This document shows, piece after piece, positions 45,964-56,554 of a stretch of 64,000 nucleotides of DNA (position 1 is its first letter; the number at the start of each line of letters is the position of its first letter). A program made the translations under genes and the position numbers. This stretch comes from a virus (lineage: Duplodnaviria > Caudoviricetes). The stretch lies in the IMG/VR virus record IMGVR_UViG_3300043177_000122, positions 224,001 to 288,000 of that record. One strand, written 5' to 3'. The notes beneath the pieces were generated by a model. It saw nothing but the letters and a program-made list of their open reading frames with translations. It searched no databases and was not told where the DNA came from.

Positions 45964-48357
45964 ATGGCTGATCCAGTAGATCCAAATACATCGACAGATC
46001 CAAATATTGAACCATTGGATCCAGCAGTACTAAAATCATTGAATGATTTTAATGCGACTGCTGATAAATCTAGAGAAAGTATGTCTGCCTTAGAAGTTAC
46101 ATTTACAGGATCTACCAGTGCTTTAAAAACCCTATCTGAAGGATTTGTTATTGCTGGTGGAAAATTAGAAAATATTGGTAACTTGGCTTCTCAGGATGCC
46201 ACTAAATTTGGGGCGCTAACAGCCGCGGTTCTTGGCGCAAAAGAATCTTTTAATTCTTTTGCAAATGTAGATACTTCTAGATTGTCTACATTTGCTTCCC
46301 AAATAGGCGATATGCAAAATATATTAGAAAAAAGTCCAGCTTATAGCCTAGCAAAGAAGGAATTTGATGAGACGGCTAGTGCAGTTCGAAATCTTATGAT
46401 GTCTGGAGATGCTGCAAAAAAGTCACTGGGCGCAGAAATGCTAGCATCTGCTACTAAAGTATTTGCAGAAGCAAAAAATAAAATAGTCGAGTCTTCTAAG
46501 GCTATGTTAGTGGGTGCTGATAATGCACTTAAACTACAAAATGCTTTTATACAACTTACTGCTCAAGCAGGAGACACCGAAACCTTGTTTCGAGGGATCG
46601 GTAAGACTTTTGGTGGTGTCGGTAATGATTTTAAGAATCTAAATAATATTACTGCTAAATACCAAGATGTTATGTATAATGCTATGCAGGCTACTGGCAT
46701 AGAAAGTGAAGAAGTAATGGCCGGTTATATGGCCACCATTGTTAAGATGCCTGGGGGATTCAAAGAACTTATGGGCAGCATGGAGGTAGCTGGACGTTCT
46801 ACCAATATATTGACTGCTGCTGTACAATATGCAACTGGTGCTGGAAGAAATCAAAACGAAGTATTTGAAGATATGAGGAAAGCTATTTCTCAATATGGTG
46901 TATCAGTTCAAGATGCTCTTAAGTTTACAGCAAACATCACGGCCGTTTCCGAAACATTGCACGCCCAAATTGATGACGTTAGATCTGCTTTGATGGGGGC
47001 TGCGGATGCTTTTAAGTTTTTTGCTATGGGAGAAGATGGTGCTAAAAAGATGACACAAGGCATGACTGAATCTTTGAACCAGTATGTTGCTTCCCTAAGT
47101 AATGTTGGTGTCCCCGTACAAAATGCTCTGGAGATGTTTAAGAATTATACGTCCCAGATAAAAGATATGAATCAAGCTCAACAGGCTTTTGTTTCCAGAA
47201 TGTCTGGAGGGCCTGGTGGACTAATGGGTGGTTTTCAAATAGATGCCATGATTAAACGTGGAGATTTTGCCGGATTACAGAAGAAAGTAGAAGAGACAAT
47301 TAAGAAAATGACTGGTCCAATTGTGTCATTTGAAGATGCACAAAAAAGCCAAACTGCAGCCGCTCAGTATACTCGTCAAATTCAAATTTTACAACAAGGC
47401 CCACTAGGTAAAATGGCCAGAAGCAGAGAAGAGGCTGAGTCATTATTAGAATCAATGCGCGTTGGCAAAGTTGCAGAGAAAGTTAAAGATCCAACCACAA
47501 TATTAGCAGAAAATATAGAGAAGGGCGCTAAGATAGAGCAGTTATCATATACTGAGCTAAAAGAGATCAACATCAATACAAAAAGAATGCGCGGTCAAGC
47601 AGACTTAGCAAATTTGACTACCATTCAAAGAACATTTGCCGCTCGCACAGGAGACGCAGGTGGCGTGGACAAACAAGGTAGAGCAGTTAATTTACCTAAT
47701 CAGGAGGCACTACGAGATGTACAAAGAAGAGGCATGAATCCCACAGAAGGAACTCCAGCAGAAAGGGCGCTGAAAGAATTAGGTATAACTATCAGAAACT
47801 TACCAATGTCTATTCAAAGTGACATTATCAGTTTACAAGAAAGTATTTCGTCTCGTAATAAAGAAAAAACTCAACAAAGTCATGAAAAATTGATGAAATC
47901 AATTAGTGATTGGAAAACTCAAGTCGCCAATTTACCAGAGGATCAAAAAGAATCTATGGGAAGAGTAATAGCTGGAGTGCAAGCTCGCGCTAACTCTATG
48001 GTTCAAAATAGCTTGGCCCCTGTATTATTTAGGCCACCTGGTCCAACTACTACAACTTCGAATACAATGGCTGTAAATCAGAATGTTAGAGATTATAGGC
48101 CAGCAGGCAGACAGGTAGCAGCATCAGTACCAACTGGTACGACTGGAACAACCACAAATGTTCCAGGTACAGCAAATCGTGGTCCACTTGCTGCTGCCAC
48201 TAATCAACATCAAGGAGCAATTCCTGTTGCATTAGCTCCGGGGTCTGCAATTACGGTTAACATTACTGGTGTATGTCCTCACTGTGGAAGGGCTGTACAC
48301 CAAAGTCCACAAGCTAGAATTGGAAGCGCAGCAAGCACGGCAACTAACGAAGGATAA
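45964..48357 (+). CDS. Tape measure protein
   Basis: 797 aa, Ala/Gln/Met-rich and helical; follows the G/GT chaperones. Confidence 0.8.
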   Translation: MADPVDPNTSTDPNIEPLDPAVLKSLNDFNATADKSRESMSALEVTFTGSTSALKTLSEGFVIAGGKLENIGNLASQDATKFGALTAAVLGAKESFNSFANVDTSRLSTFASQIGDMQNILEKSPAYSLAKKEFDETASAVRNLMMSGDAAKKSLGAEMLASATKVFAEAKNKIVESSKAMLVGADNALKLQNAFIQLTAQAGDTETLFRGIGKTFGGVGNDFKNLNNITAKYQDVMYNAMQATGIESEEVMAGYMATIVKMPGGFKELMGSMEVAGRSTNILTAAVQYATGAGRNQNEVFEDMRKAISQYGVSVQDALKFTANITAVSETLHAQIDDVRSALMGAADAFKFFAMGEDGAKKMTQGMTESLNQYVASLSNVGVPVQNALEMFKNYTSQIKDMNQAQQAFVSRMSGGPGGLMGGFQIDAMIKRGDFAGLQKKVEETIKKMTGPIVSFEDAQKSQTAAAQYTRQIQILQQGPLGKMARSREEAESLLESMRVGKVAEKVKDPTTILAENIEKGAKIEQLSYTELKEININTKRMRGQADLANLTTIQRTFAARTGDAGGVDKQGRAVNLPNQEALRDVQRRGMNPTEGTPAERALKELGITIRNLPMSIQSDIISLQESISSRNKEKTQQSHEKLMKSISDWKTQVANLPEDQKESMGRVIAGVQARANSMVQNSLAPVLFRPPGPTTTTSNTMAVNQNVRDYRPAGRQVAASVPTGTTGTTTNVPGTANRGPLAAATNQHQGAIPVALAPGSAITVNITGVCPHCGRAVHQSPQARIGSAASTATNEG

Positions 48358-48360
48358 TAT

Positions 48361-49332
48361 ATGGCAAAATTTTCATTAGATGATGCAATTAGTGATATTG
48401 ACCAAGCACAAGCCACGCTTAATAGCTTAAATCCATTAACACAAAGTCAGTTAGCTTCCTTCCAGTCAAATGGATTTTTGGTAGCCTCCACACCATCTGC
48501 CGATGGTAATGGATTACCATATACCAAAATTAATACTGGTATCAATGGTACTATTGGTAGAAATATTATAACTTGGTTCGTACCTCAGTTTGGTACTGTG
48601 CGTATGTTTATAAATCCGCAGAACATCACATACAATCATAGAAAATTAATTACTAAAGAGAGAACTAAAGGCGGATTTACTTTACAATATTGGGGAGAAG
48701 ATTTAAGCACTTTGAATATTTCAGGAACTACCGGCAGTTCTGGTATTGAGGGCATAAATATGCTCTATGAAATTTATCGTGCAGAGCAATATGCATTTGA
48801 TGCTACAGGTCTTACGTTAGCAGCCAATAATGCAGCGGCTGATTTGGCTAATAATATTGTTCAAGGTGTTGGAGGAGCATTAGGTCAACTAATTGGTGGA
48901 AATAATGCTACTGCGGCTGCCGGTGGAGCCGGACTACTTGGAGGAATTCTAGGCATGAGTTCTCCAAACAATAATCTATCTGCTAGAAATATTCCTTCGC
49001 TTGCATCTTTGGCCTTTGCCGTTGAAATGTATTATAATGGTTGGGTTTATAGAGGATATTTTGAAAATATGACTATCACTGAAAGAGCAGATAACTTTTT
49101 ATTTGACTATCAGATGGTATTCGTAGTTACACAAAGAAGAGGATACAGAACCAACTATTTCCCATGGCACAACAACCCAAAGACGGGGCCAACTGCCAAC
49201 CATGCATTTTATCCTAATGCAGCTAACTCTTTTAATGGTAATACTCGACTAAGTACTGACAGTCCGATTAGCAATATCGGAAATCCTGGCAACGCAGGTG
49301 GTATAGTAGGAGCATTAGCAGGACTTCTATGA
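48361..49332 (+). CDS. Tail tube initiator/baseplate protein (putative)
   Basis: MFINPQNITY...TKGG...YWGEDL..LNISGTTG tube-like fold pattern; follows the tape measure gene. Confidence 0.6.
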   Translation: MAKFSLDDAISDIDQAQATLNSLNPLTQSQLASFQSNGFLVASTPSADGNGLPYTKINTGINGTIGRNIITWFVPQFGTVRMFINPQNITYNHRKLITKERTKGGFTLQYWGEDLSTLNISGTTGSSGIEGINMLYEIYRAEQYAFDATGLTLAANNAAADLANNIVQGVGGALGQLIGGNNATAAAGGAGLLGGILGMSSPNNNLSARNIPSLASLAFAVEMYYNGWVYRGYFENMTITERADNFLFDYQMVFVVTQRRGYRTNYFPWHNNPKTGPTANHAFYPNAANSFNGNTRLSTDSPISNIGNPGNAGGIVGALAGLL

Positions 49333-52300
49333 GTTTTTTAGGCGATTTAGCAGATCAAATTAGCAGCCAATTTAATTTTGGCGAAAATACCACTACTACT
49401 TTAGACACATTTGCAAATGAAGAGCAAACAGAAGTAATAAAGTATGGTGCTTTAGGTGATTTTGCGTCTAAATTTGACCAATCTGCTGAGCGTAAATATG
49501 TAGAAGAAGGATATCTGAGAAGAGATCCTTATAATACTGATCCAAAACAGTTTGAAATTTTGTGGCAAGAGCCAAGTGCAACTGTTCTTCTTAAGAAAAG
49601 AATGTTTTCATCAATTGCTGAAAACTATCGTCCTGATTTTATGGATGCAGATGAAAAGCTTTATTATAAAGCCATTAATATCTTATTCAAAAATAAATGT
49701 AACCAAATTTCAGCCTTAGAAAAGTTGAGTAAAATACAACAAGTAACTGCTGCTGTTGGAAATGTAACTGATCAATTAATTCCATTAATCATAACATTAG
49801 GAGACATTGCTAAAGGTACGGTATTTGATAGTGGTAGTGGTGGTATTTTTGGTGGCGGTAATAATTTATTTGGAGCACTTGGTGGAAATACAAATCCATT
49901 TAATACACCAGATGGTAATAGTTTTATCAAAACCACTGATAGATTAAAAGTTCTTTACGGGTTTAACCAAACAAATCCTACTACAACTTGGATTACTGAT
50001 ACTACCAATCTACTACAGTCTACTTTTGGTGGTGGTACTGGAGTTATTGAGTTAACTAACTTCATAAATATTAATACTAGTACTAGTGTTGATTTGAAAT
50101 CACCAGGCACATTTAATATTAGTATTGCAGACCCTTATGAAGCAATGTTGATTACAGATTATGATATTGAAGTGGCTTTAAGTGATGCTACTAACTTGTT
50201 TTACAATAAAAAAATCTTTCAGTTTGGTGTTACCAGCGCTAATGAAGTTATTACAAGACAACAGAATCAATTAAATGCCATTAGAAGTGCTAGAAATGCT
50301 AGCCCAATTACTTTTAAGATTGATCGTGATACCTTACTTGGTAAACGAGTAAGAGCCATTATTGACCGTCAAGGCGTAGAGATTCAATTTAAGTACGACC
50401 CATTAGATTCACTTAGTTTGGGCGGTAACAATGGAGTAGAGGTCAATGATGATTTCTTAAGAGACGGAGCTATTGCTGGATATGATGGTTTAGATACTGG
50501 TCCTGGATATACCGGTTTTCCATGGACAAGTAATGCAAGAAGTAAGAGCCACGGTAATTCAGAGTTGCAAGCATTTCAAATAATCATTGCCACTATTTTC
50601 CAACAACTAACTTTATTAGCAAATTCTGCTGGTAATTTTACAGCTAATAACAAATCTTACAACTACGCCCGTAAAAAGCTTCGTTTCAATTTCTCTGGTA
50701 AACTGATTGTTCAGCCTATGGATGTTATTCATATCTACATGAACTCCAAAAGTCAATTTGATAATAAGATATTAGCTGGATTGACTCAAATGTTTAGTGG
50801 CTTTGGTATTCTACAAAACATTAACAACACAATTACGTCTATTACCAATGCTAGTGACATATTGTTTAATCCTTCAGCTAACATTTCTGTAATGGCAGAA
50901 AAGGCTATGTTTGTTGGGCCTGATTTTCCTAGCTCTCTATGGGCTATGGTTAGAAAACAATTTGTGGGAGAACACGAAGGAACTCATGTTTTTGCAGGGG
51001 TAGTAGAATCAGCAGTTGATAATTGGTCAGCCGGCAGATTTGTAGTTGATGTAAGTGGCAAAGACAATACTATCTATTTCGATCAAGGCAAAGTGAATTT
51101 TAAACCGGGAGTAGATGCTTTCAATGGTTTGATTTTCGATCCATTAACTCCGTTTCAATCTAACTATGATGTAATTACTCTTAACAATTCTCCTCCTAAC
51201 AGCATCCCGCAACTACTAGAAGAAAATATGTATTTACTTTCTCAAACTGGTTCTGGCTCTATGGTTAAATATAAATTGGGAGCACTGGCTGGCGAGAAAG
51301 CTACACAGGGCAATTATATTCAAGACCAGAGTATCGATCCATTTACAGGATTACTAACGCGCGTATTCTATGCTCCTGATGGTTTAGTCTATAAGTGGAA
51401 ACAGGGAATTGGAATATTTACACAGTTTGGATCATCAAATCAAATTAATGATCCAAACTTAGTTGGTAATCCTAATATTTATGCAGAACCTTTCGCCGGC
51501 CTAGATGTAATGAATGTGCTTTCTTTACTTATCACGGGTGTCCCATATAATTTCGCTACTTATTACAAAGCTACATCAAACTTGTATGGATTTAGTGGCG
51601 ATCCACAAAGCCGTCAAGCATCTTCACATTCATTCATTCAATCATTGAAAAATGATCTTTCTAAGAATAATAGCCTTTGGGGCAATTTTATTCCGTTCAA
51701 AAACTTAGTAATGAACGAATCTGCAATTGCACAGGCTATGCAAGCGCAGTTGACAGTTGCTAATGCTAATGCTGATTTAGATAGCAAATTGAAAAAGCTG
51801 GCTGATTTACAAAATGTTGCTACCGCAATAGGCGCTGTAAATGCTTTGTCTTCAAAAATATCTAATACAGATGATCCAACACAAGCTCGCCAAGTTACCG
51901 AAGTACAAAGCCAAATAAATAATTTGGTAAATGATATTAATAGCTCCATTTCTACAATTCAAAAAAATACCAAATATTTCTATAGTCAAGTGGATAATTC
52001 TGCTGCCTATGATAGTAACCATTTTATTAATGGTAAAAATAACCCAAGTGATAGTAGTAATAGGAAGCAATTACGCAAGCAAACTAATTATTTAACACGT
52101 CGCATGTCATATGATGTCCGTGCTAATAAGGACAAAAACTTATTCATTGTTGATGATTACTATGATATCGATTATGATATTGCTGCTTTTAACAAGTCAC
52201 TTGCTGATGGTGTTAAGATGTACAGCAACGAATTTACATCAGTACGTGAAAAGATTTTAAACGTAGCTGACTTATTAAATTTGGAAGTATTTTGTGATAC

Positions 52301-54404
52301 TCAAGGTCATATTCGTGTCAGACCTCCACAGTATAATAGAATGCCTAGTTCAGTTTTTCACAGAATGATCTATTTGAAACAAGCGCTAGGAGTACAAATT
52401 TTCCCACAGTTCCTTAATTCTTTATTTACAGACCAGTTAACTACTCTTAGAACTCGTATAGAGATTATTGAAGATCAAATTAGATTAGATTGTGCCATTT
52501 TAAACAAATATTCAAGCATAGATCTATCAGGAGATCAAGAAGCTCAAAAATTTCTTACCTCAGCAAATATTACTGGCGGTATGTCTTCTACTTTCAGTTT
52601 TATTTCAGATTCTAGTGGTAGAATTACAGATATACCAAACTTGATTGATCAAGCAAACCAAGAGGCATCAGGTAATGCTCTTGGTTTAGATTTAGCTTCT
52701 TTTAAAAAAATTTCGGCTGCAGGCACATCCACTAAGCAACTATTTGCTAACTCTGAAAGATATAGTGTTCTATTTAATGCACTCCAATCTCAAAATCAAA
52801 ATCAAGATGGTATTAACGTTTCCTTAACAGCAGGTACTACTATTTTCCAAAGTACCGTTGTTCAAGACCTCATTGATAGAATTAATACAAAATCCGGGCA
52901 GCATATTGTAAGTAAAGATTATTTAACCCCAGCCCAAGCTAATCAACCAATAGAGATAGATACTGGTGAAACTATAGATCTGTTTAAGGTTACAAATGAG
53001 CTTGCTACCTATATGCAAGAATGGCAGTTTGCTGTAAAACTTTTCTATCATACTATTAAAAATTCAGCAGAATCTAGATCGCTAGATGATGGTACAACCA
53101 CTAGTAATAGTTTATTAAATCCCGGACTATTTGGTAACTCTTATATACCAGAAGTATATGAACATATGATTGAAGATGAGTCATATGATGACTATGGTCC
53201 CGGCTCTGGTAAAAGATATGTTATTAAGCGCAGCCAAATTAGAAATATAAGTATATCTGAAAATCCTCCACCTTGGACATCTGTAGAAGTACAAGGCACG
53301 CTAGAATTCTTTAAAGAAAATGAAGGCCCACCAGGATTAGATTCTTTCCCAGGTGGTGGTAATGCATTAGTGACTGCTATTGCAGTAGATTATGATATGT
53401 GGAGAAACTATGGATTCAAAAGTCCAGCAGTTGTAAAAGTTCCATTTCTAAGCGATCCGGCTTCACAATGTGGACCATACGCAAGTATGATTTTGACCCG
53501 CAATCGTTCTAATATTCTGAGAGGATCAGTTACTATTTCTGGGAATGAATATATGCAGCCGGGCGAAGTAGTCTTCATAGAAGATCGCAATTTACTATTC
53601 TATGTGAACAGTGTAAGACACTCTATGACTCAGGGATCCGGATTCACAACTACATTAGAGTTAACATATGGTCATAGTATTGGAGAATATATTCCAACTT
53701 ATATGGATACAATTGGTAAGTTAATATACAAGAATAGAGAAGTTGTAGCTACTATTATTCAAAGACAAGATTCATCTGCCCCAGAACAAAATATTGGAGT
53801 TGTACAACTAGACCCAAAAAATAAAGGCGCACCAATTACTTTTACTGGTAACAAAGGTGATTTCGTTAGTAGTTTTTCAGAATCTAATACCACAGTTATT
53901 AACAATATTTTGTATAACACAGCTTATTTAATTAGAGCTAATGGTACTAAAGGAAATAATATTAAAACTAAAGTTGAGCTTAGAGTATATCATGATTCGA
54001 AAACTGGTGTTGATAGTCAGCTACTCAAGCAAGCTAATGGTGTTATGCAAATGTTAACTGGTGTTTCACAGGGACCAGTTAATTTCTTTGGACAGAATCA
54101 GCCAGTCCAAAATTTTACACTGGATAAAAAATGGGTAGAAATAGTGAAAGTTAATATTGATGATGAAGAAGATAGACGCTCTCCATCTCAAAAAGCTATT
54201 GATGCAGCTAGAAATCAAATGGCAGGCGCGAGTACGAATACTGGTTCTATTAGTTCATCTAATCCAGTTGGTAATGATGATGGAACTAATACAAATACTA
54301 TATCTCCAGATAATAGATCATTAAGAAAAGTACTGTTTAGTTATATTATTGATTGTTGGATTACATTTACTCAAGTTTCAGATGAGGAAGCTAATTCAAT
54401 TTAA
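49329..54404 (+). CDS. Baseplate hub protein (gp27/VgrG-like, enlarged)
   Basis: 1691 aa; GSVTISGNEYMQPGEVV...YVNSVRHSM...FTTTLELT hub signature. Confidence 0.7.
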   Translation: MSFLGDLADQISSQFNFGENTTTTLDTFANEEQTEVIKYGALGDFASKFDQSAERKYVEEGYLRRDPYNTDPKQFEILWQEPSATVLLKKRMFSSIAENYRPDFMDADEKLYYKAINILFKNKCNQISALEKLSKIQQVTAAVGNVTDQLIPLIITLGDIAKGTVFDSGSGGIFGGGNNLFGALGGNTNPFNTPDGNSFIKTTDRLKVLYGFNQTNPTTTWITDTTNLLQSTFGGGTGVIELTNFININTSTSVDLKSPGTFNISIADPYEAMLITDYDIEVALSDATNLFYNKKIFQFGVTSANEVITRQQNQLNAIRSARNASPITFKIDRDTLLGKRVRAIIDRQGVEIQFKYDPLDSLSLGGNNGVEVNDDFLRDGAIAGYDGLDTGPGYTGFPWTSNARSKSHGNSELQAFQIIIATIFQQLTLLANSAGNFTANNKSYNYARKKLRFNFSGKLIVQPMDVIHIYMNSKSQFDNKILAGLTQMFSGFGILQNINNTITSITNASDILFNPSANISVMAEKAMFVGPDFPSSLWAMVRKQFVGEHEGTHVFAGVVESAVDNWSAGRFVVDVSGKDNTIYFDQGKVNFKPGVDAFNGLIFDPLTPFQSNYDVITLNNSPPNSIPQLLEENMYLLSQTGSGSMVKYKLGALAGEKATQGNYIQDQSIDPFTGLLTRVFYAPDGLVYKWKQGIGIFTQFGSSNQINDPNLVGNPNIYAEPFAGLDVMNVLSLLITGVPYNFATYYKATSNLYGFSGDPQSRQASSHSFIQSLKNDLSKNNSLWGNFIPFKNLVMNESAIAQAMQAQLTVANANADLDSKLKKLADLQNVATAIGAVNALSSKISNTDDPTQARQVTEVQSQINNLVNDINSSISTIQKNTKYFYSQVDNSAAYDSNHFINGKNNPSDSSNRKQLRKQTNYLTRRMSYDVRANKDKNLFIVDDYYDIDYDIAAFNKSLADGVKMYSNEFTSVREKILNVADLLNLEVFCDTQGHIRVRPPQYNRMPSSVFHRMIYLKQALGVQIFPQFLNSLFTDQLTTLRTRIEIIEDQIRLDCAILNKYSSIDLSGDQEAQKFLTSANITGGMSSTFSFISDSSGRITDIPNLIDQANQEASGNALGLDLASFKKISAAGTSTKQLFANSERYSVLFNALQSQNQNQDGINVSLTAGTTIFQSTVVQDLIDRINTKSGQHIVSKDYLTPAQANQPIEIDTGETIDLFKVTNELATYMQEWQFAVKLFYHTIKNSAESRSLDDGTTTSNSLLNPGLFGNSYIPEVYEHMIEDESYDDYGPGSGKRYVIKRSQIRNISISENPPPWTSVEVQGTLEFFKENEGPPGLDSFPGGGNALVTAIAVDYDMWRNYGFKSPAVVKVPFLSDPASQCGPYASMILTRNRSNILRGSVTISGNEYMQPGEVVFIEDRNLLFYVNSVRHSMTQGSGFTTTLELTYGHSIGEYIPTYMDTIGKLIYKNREVVATIIQRQDSSAPEQNIGVVQLDPKNKGAPITFTGNKGDFVSSFSESNTTVINNILYNTAYLIRANGTKGNNIKTKVELRVYHDSKTGVDSQLLKQANGVMQMLTGVSQGPVNFFGQNQPVQNFTLDKKWVEIVKVNIDDEEDRRSPSQKAIDAARNQMAGASTNTGSISSSNPVGNDDGTNTNTISPDNRSLRKVLFSYIIDCWITFTQVSDEEANSI

Positions 54405-54412
54405 AGGATAAT

Positions 54413-56530
54413 ATGGTAGTTGGTAAACCACAGACCGGTATAAACTCATTAGATCCACCTCCAGGAATGATAAGGGACGGATCTATTGTTGGTTATAATG
54501 CCAGTACAAATACATTACAAGTACAGTTAACGGAAACACCATCTTTTAAGCCGGCCCTTCCTGTACCAGTAGTTGGATACTTTCCATTATTAGATAGTAA
54601 TGGTTTGTTTATTGGGTCTCTACCAGCAAAAAATACTCCCGTTACTGTAGCACAAGGTACCGGAGGGCAGTATCATATTGTTAATTATAAAACACAAAAC
54701 GTAGATCTTATTCCAGATCTAAAATTAGGAGAATTATTACTACATACTACTGACACCTCACGTATCAAAATGGATATGGATAGTAATATCAAAATAGGGT
54801 CTGACGTTAATAACATACATGTATTTCCGGGTAGCCAAGATTTTCCACAGAGTAATTATGTCACTATTAACATGGAGAATGAAAATCATTTTACACAAGG
54901 TTTTCGTTCCGTAGCTGGGATTGTTAAAAGAGATATCAATCCTAAACCACAAGCTGCTTCATTTAGTGGGCGCACAAAATTAGATGATGATAATTATGAT
55001 AGTGTTCTAATTCCTATTGGCTTAGACCCTAGAACAACTGCTAATAATACTCCAATTGGCCCAACCAAGAATCCAGCATTTGTAGAACACAGAGAGTTAG
55101 TGTATGAGTTTCAATATAAATCAAGAATTGACGATGATGCTTCAGAAGCTAATAAATATTTAACTACCTCTCAAGGCTCCAAGATTTTCACTACGCCTAA
55201 TCGTCGTATGAGTCGTGCCGATACGATGAGTTTAAGTTTGGTAGCCCCAAACTATTTGATGGAATCTATTAAAGGAACTGTAGTAGATATTTTTGGTAAC
55301 ATTTTAGATATCAATAGGCTTCCACTTCCAGTAGGTTTAACAGCAGATAATACTTTACGCACTACTGGTACAGTAGCAACTACCGACGCAAAAAAGTCCT
55401 TTATGAATATTAAGGCTCTTGAGAGAAAGAGCGTAGCTTTTCATTTTGAAATTAATGCTAGAAAAGACCCAAAGCCAACCAATCAAGGCACTAAGCTTAC
55501 TATCAATGATGATAACTATAATGCCAAAATTCAGCGAAGCAGATTTTCATTTGATGTTGATAAAGAGGGGCAGTTCAAATTAAATGTACCAGCATCCAGT
55601 GAGGCGGGTAATGTTCCTCTATTAGTAAGAGCAGAAAATTATTCTACCTTTGGAACTACAGATGGTGGTAATCCTAATCAACTTTGGTTTGCACCAAGTG
55701 GTCAACCAATTAGTCAAGATATTTTTGTTGATTCTTTTGCAGCTCCACAGTTAGATCCTAGTTCTGCTGAATATAATAGTACCTTTGCATTCAAACACGG
55801 ATCAATTCAGCTAATTGATGGCTCTGATAACCATGATGCTGGTCCACCAGATCGTATTAGTCAATTTGTAGAAAATAGTGTTTACAACATTAGACATGGT
55901 ACTGCTTATCATGATATTCTAAGAACATGCTCTCTACACCAAGATACAGATTCTATTCAGAGATACCAACTTGGTACTGTTGAAGATCCTATTGATACTA
56001 GCTATATTGAAAAGCTTGAAGATTTAGTTAGCACGAAAATTAAAGTATCTGGACAAGGTGCTAATGCAGGTGGTCGTAGCGGATCTATTAATTTAGATGG
56101 TTCTCTTGAAATGAATATTGGTGCTAATACTATTGATAGACAATCTTTTTGGTTAGATACTGCTGGAGGAGTAGTAGCTAATATCGGCAGGGATCGTAAT
56201 AATAGAAGTGCCATGGTTAATTTTGATGGTGATGTATATATTCAAGTTGGTGGATTTGGTATTGCCGCAAGTGATGAAAGATTTAAGAATAAAGATGGTG
56301 CATGGATTTCTACTTTAGACCTTAGGGTATTTGCTGGTGGTTTTGCTCATATGTTTAGAGTTGATCCTTTTGGAGTCACCGTGCTAACTCCTCAGTCTAT
56401 TAATCTATACGCAGCTCAAGGAATTAATATGAAGAGTGATGGGCCTATTTATATTGATTCTGATATGCTGTATCTAAATCATAGGCTAGTAAATCCACCA
56501 GGCGCACCTGGAGTTTCCACATCTATTTGA
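54413..56530 (+). CDS. Baseplate central spike (gp5/gpV-like, putative)
   Basis: N-terminal OB-fold-like G.IVGYN..TNTLQVQL; C-terminal beta-strand repeats; follows the hub. Confidence 0.6.
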   Translation: MVVGKPQTGINSLDPPPGMIRDGSIVGYNASTNTLQVQLTETPSFKPALPVPVVGYFPLLDSNGLFIGSLPAKNTPVTVAQGTGGQYHIVNYKTQNVDLIPDLKLGELLLHTTDTSRIKMDMDSNIKIGSDVNNIHVFPGSQDFPQSNYVTINMENENHFTQGFRSVAGIVKRDINPKPQAASFSGRTKLDDDNYDSVLIPIGLDPRTTANNTPIGPTKNPAFVEHRELVYEFQYKSRIDDDASEANKYLTTSQGSKIFTTPNRRMSRADTMSLSLVAPNYLMESIKGTVVDIFGNILDINRLPLPVGLTADNTLRTTGTVATTDAKKSFMNIKALERKSVAFHFEINARKDPKPTNQGTKLTINDDNYNAKIQRSRFSFDVDKEGQFKLNVPASSEAGNVPLLVRAENYSTFGTTDGGNPNQLWFAPSGQPISQDIFVDSFAAPQLDPSSAEYNSTFAFKHGSIQLIDGSDNHDAGPPDRISQFVENSVYNIRHGTAYHDILRTCSLHQDTDSIQRYQLGTVEDPIDTSYIEKLEDLVSTKIKVSGQGANAGGRSGSINLDGSLEMNIGANTIDRQSFWLDTAGGVVANIGRDRNNRSAMVNFDGDVYIQVGGFGIAASDERFKNKDGAWISTLDLRVFAGGFAHMFRVDPFGVTVLTPQSINLYAAQGINMKSDGPIYIDSDMLYLNHRLVNPPGAPGVSTSI

Positions 56531-56554
56531 TATAGCTGGATATATAAATAGACA

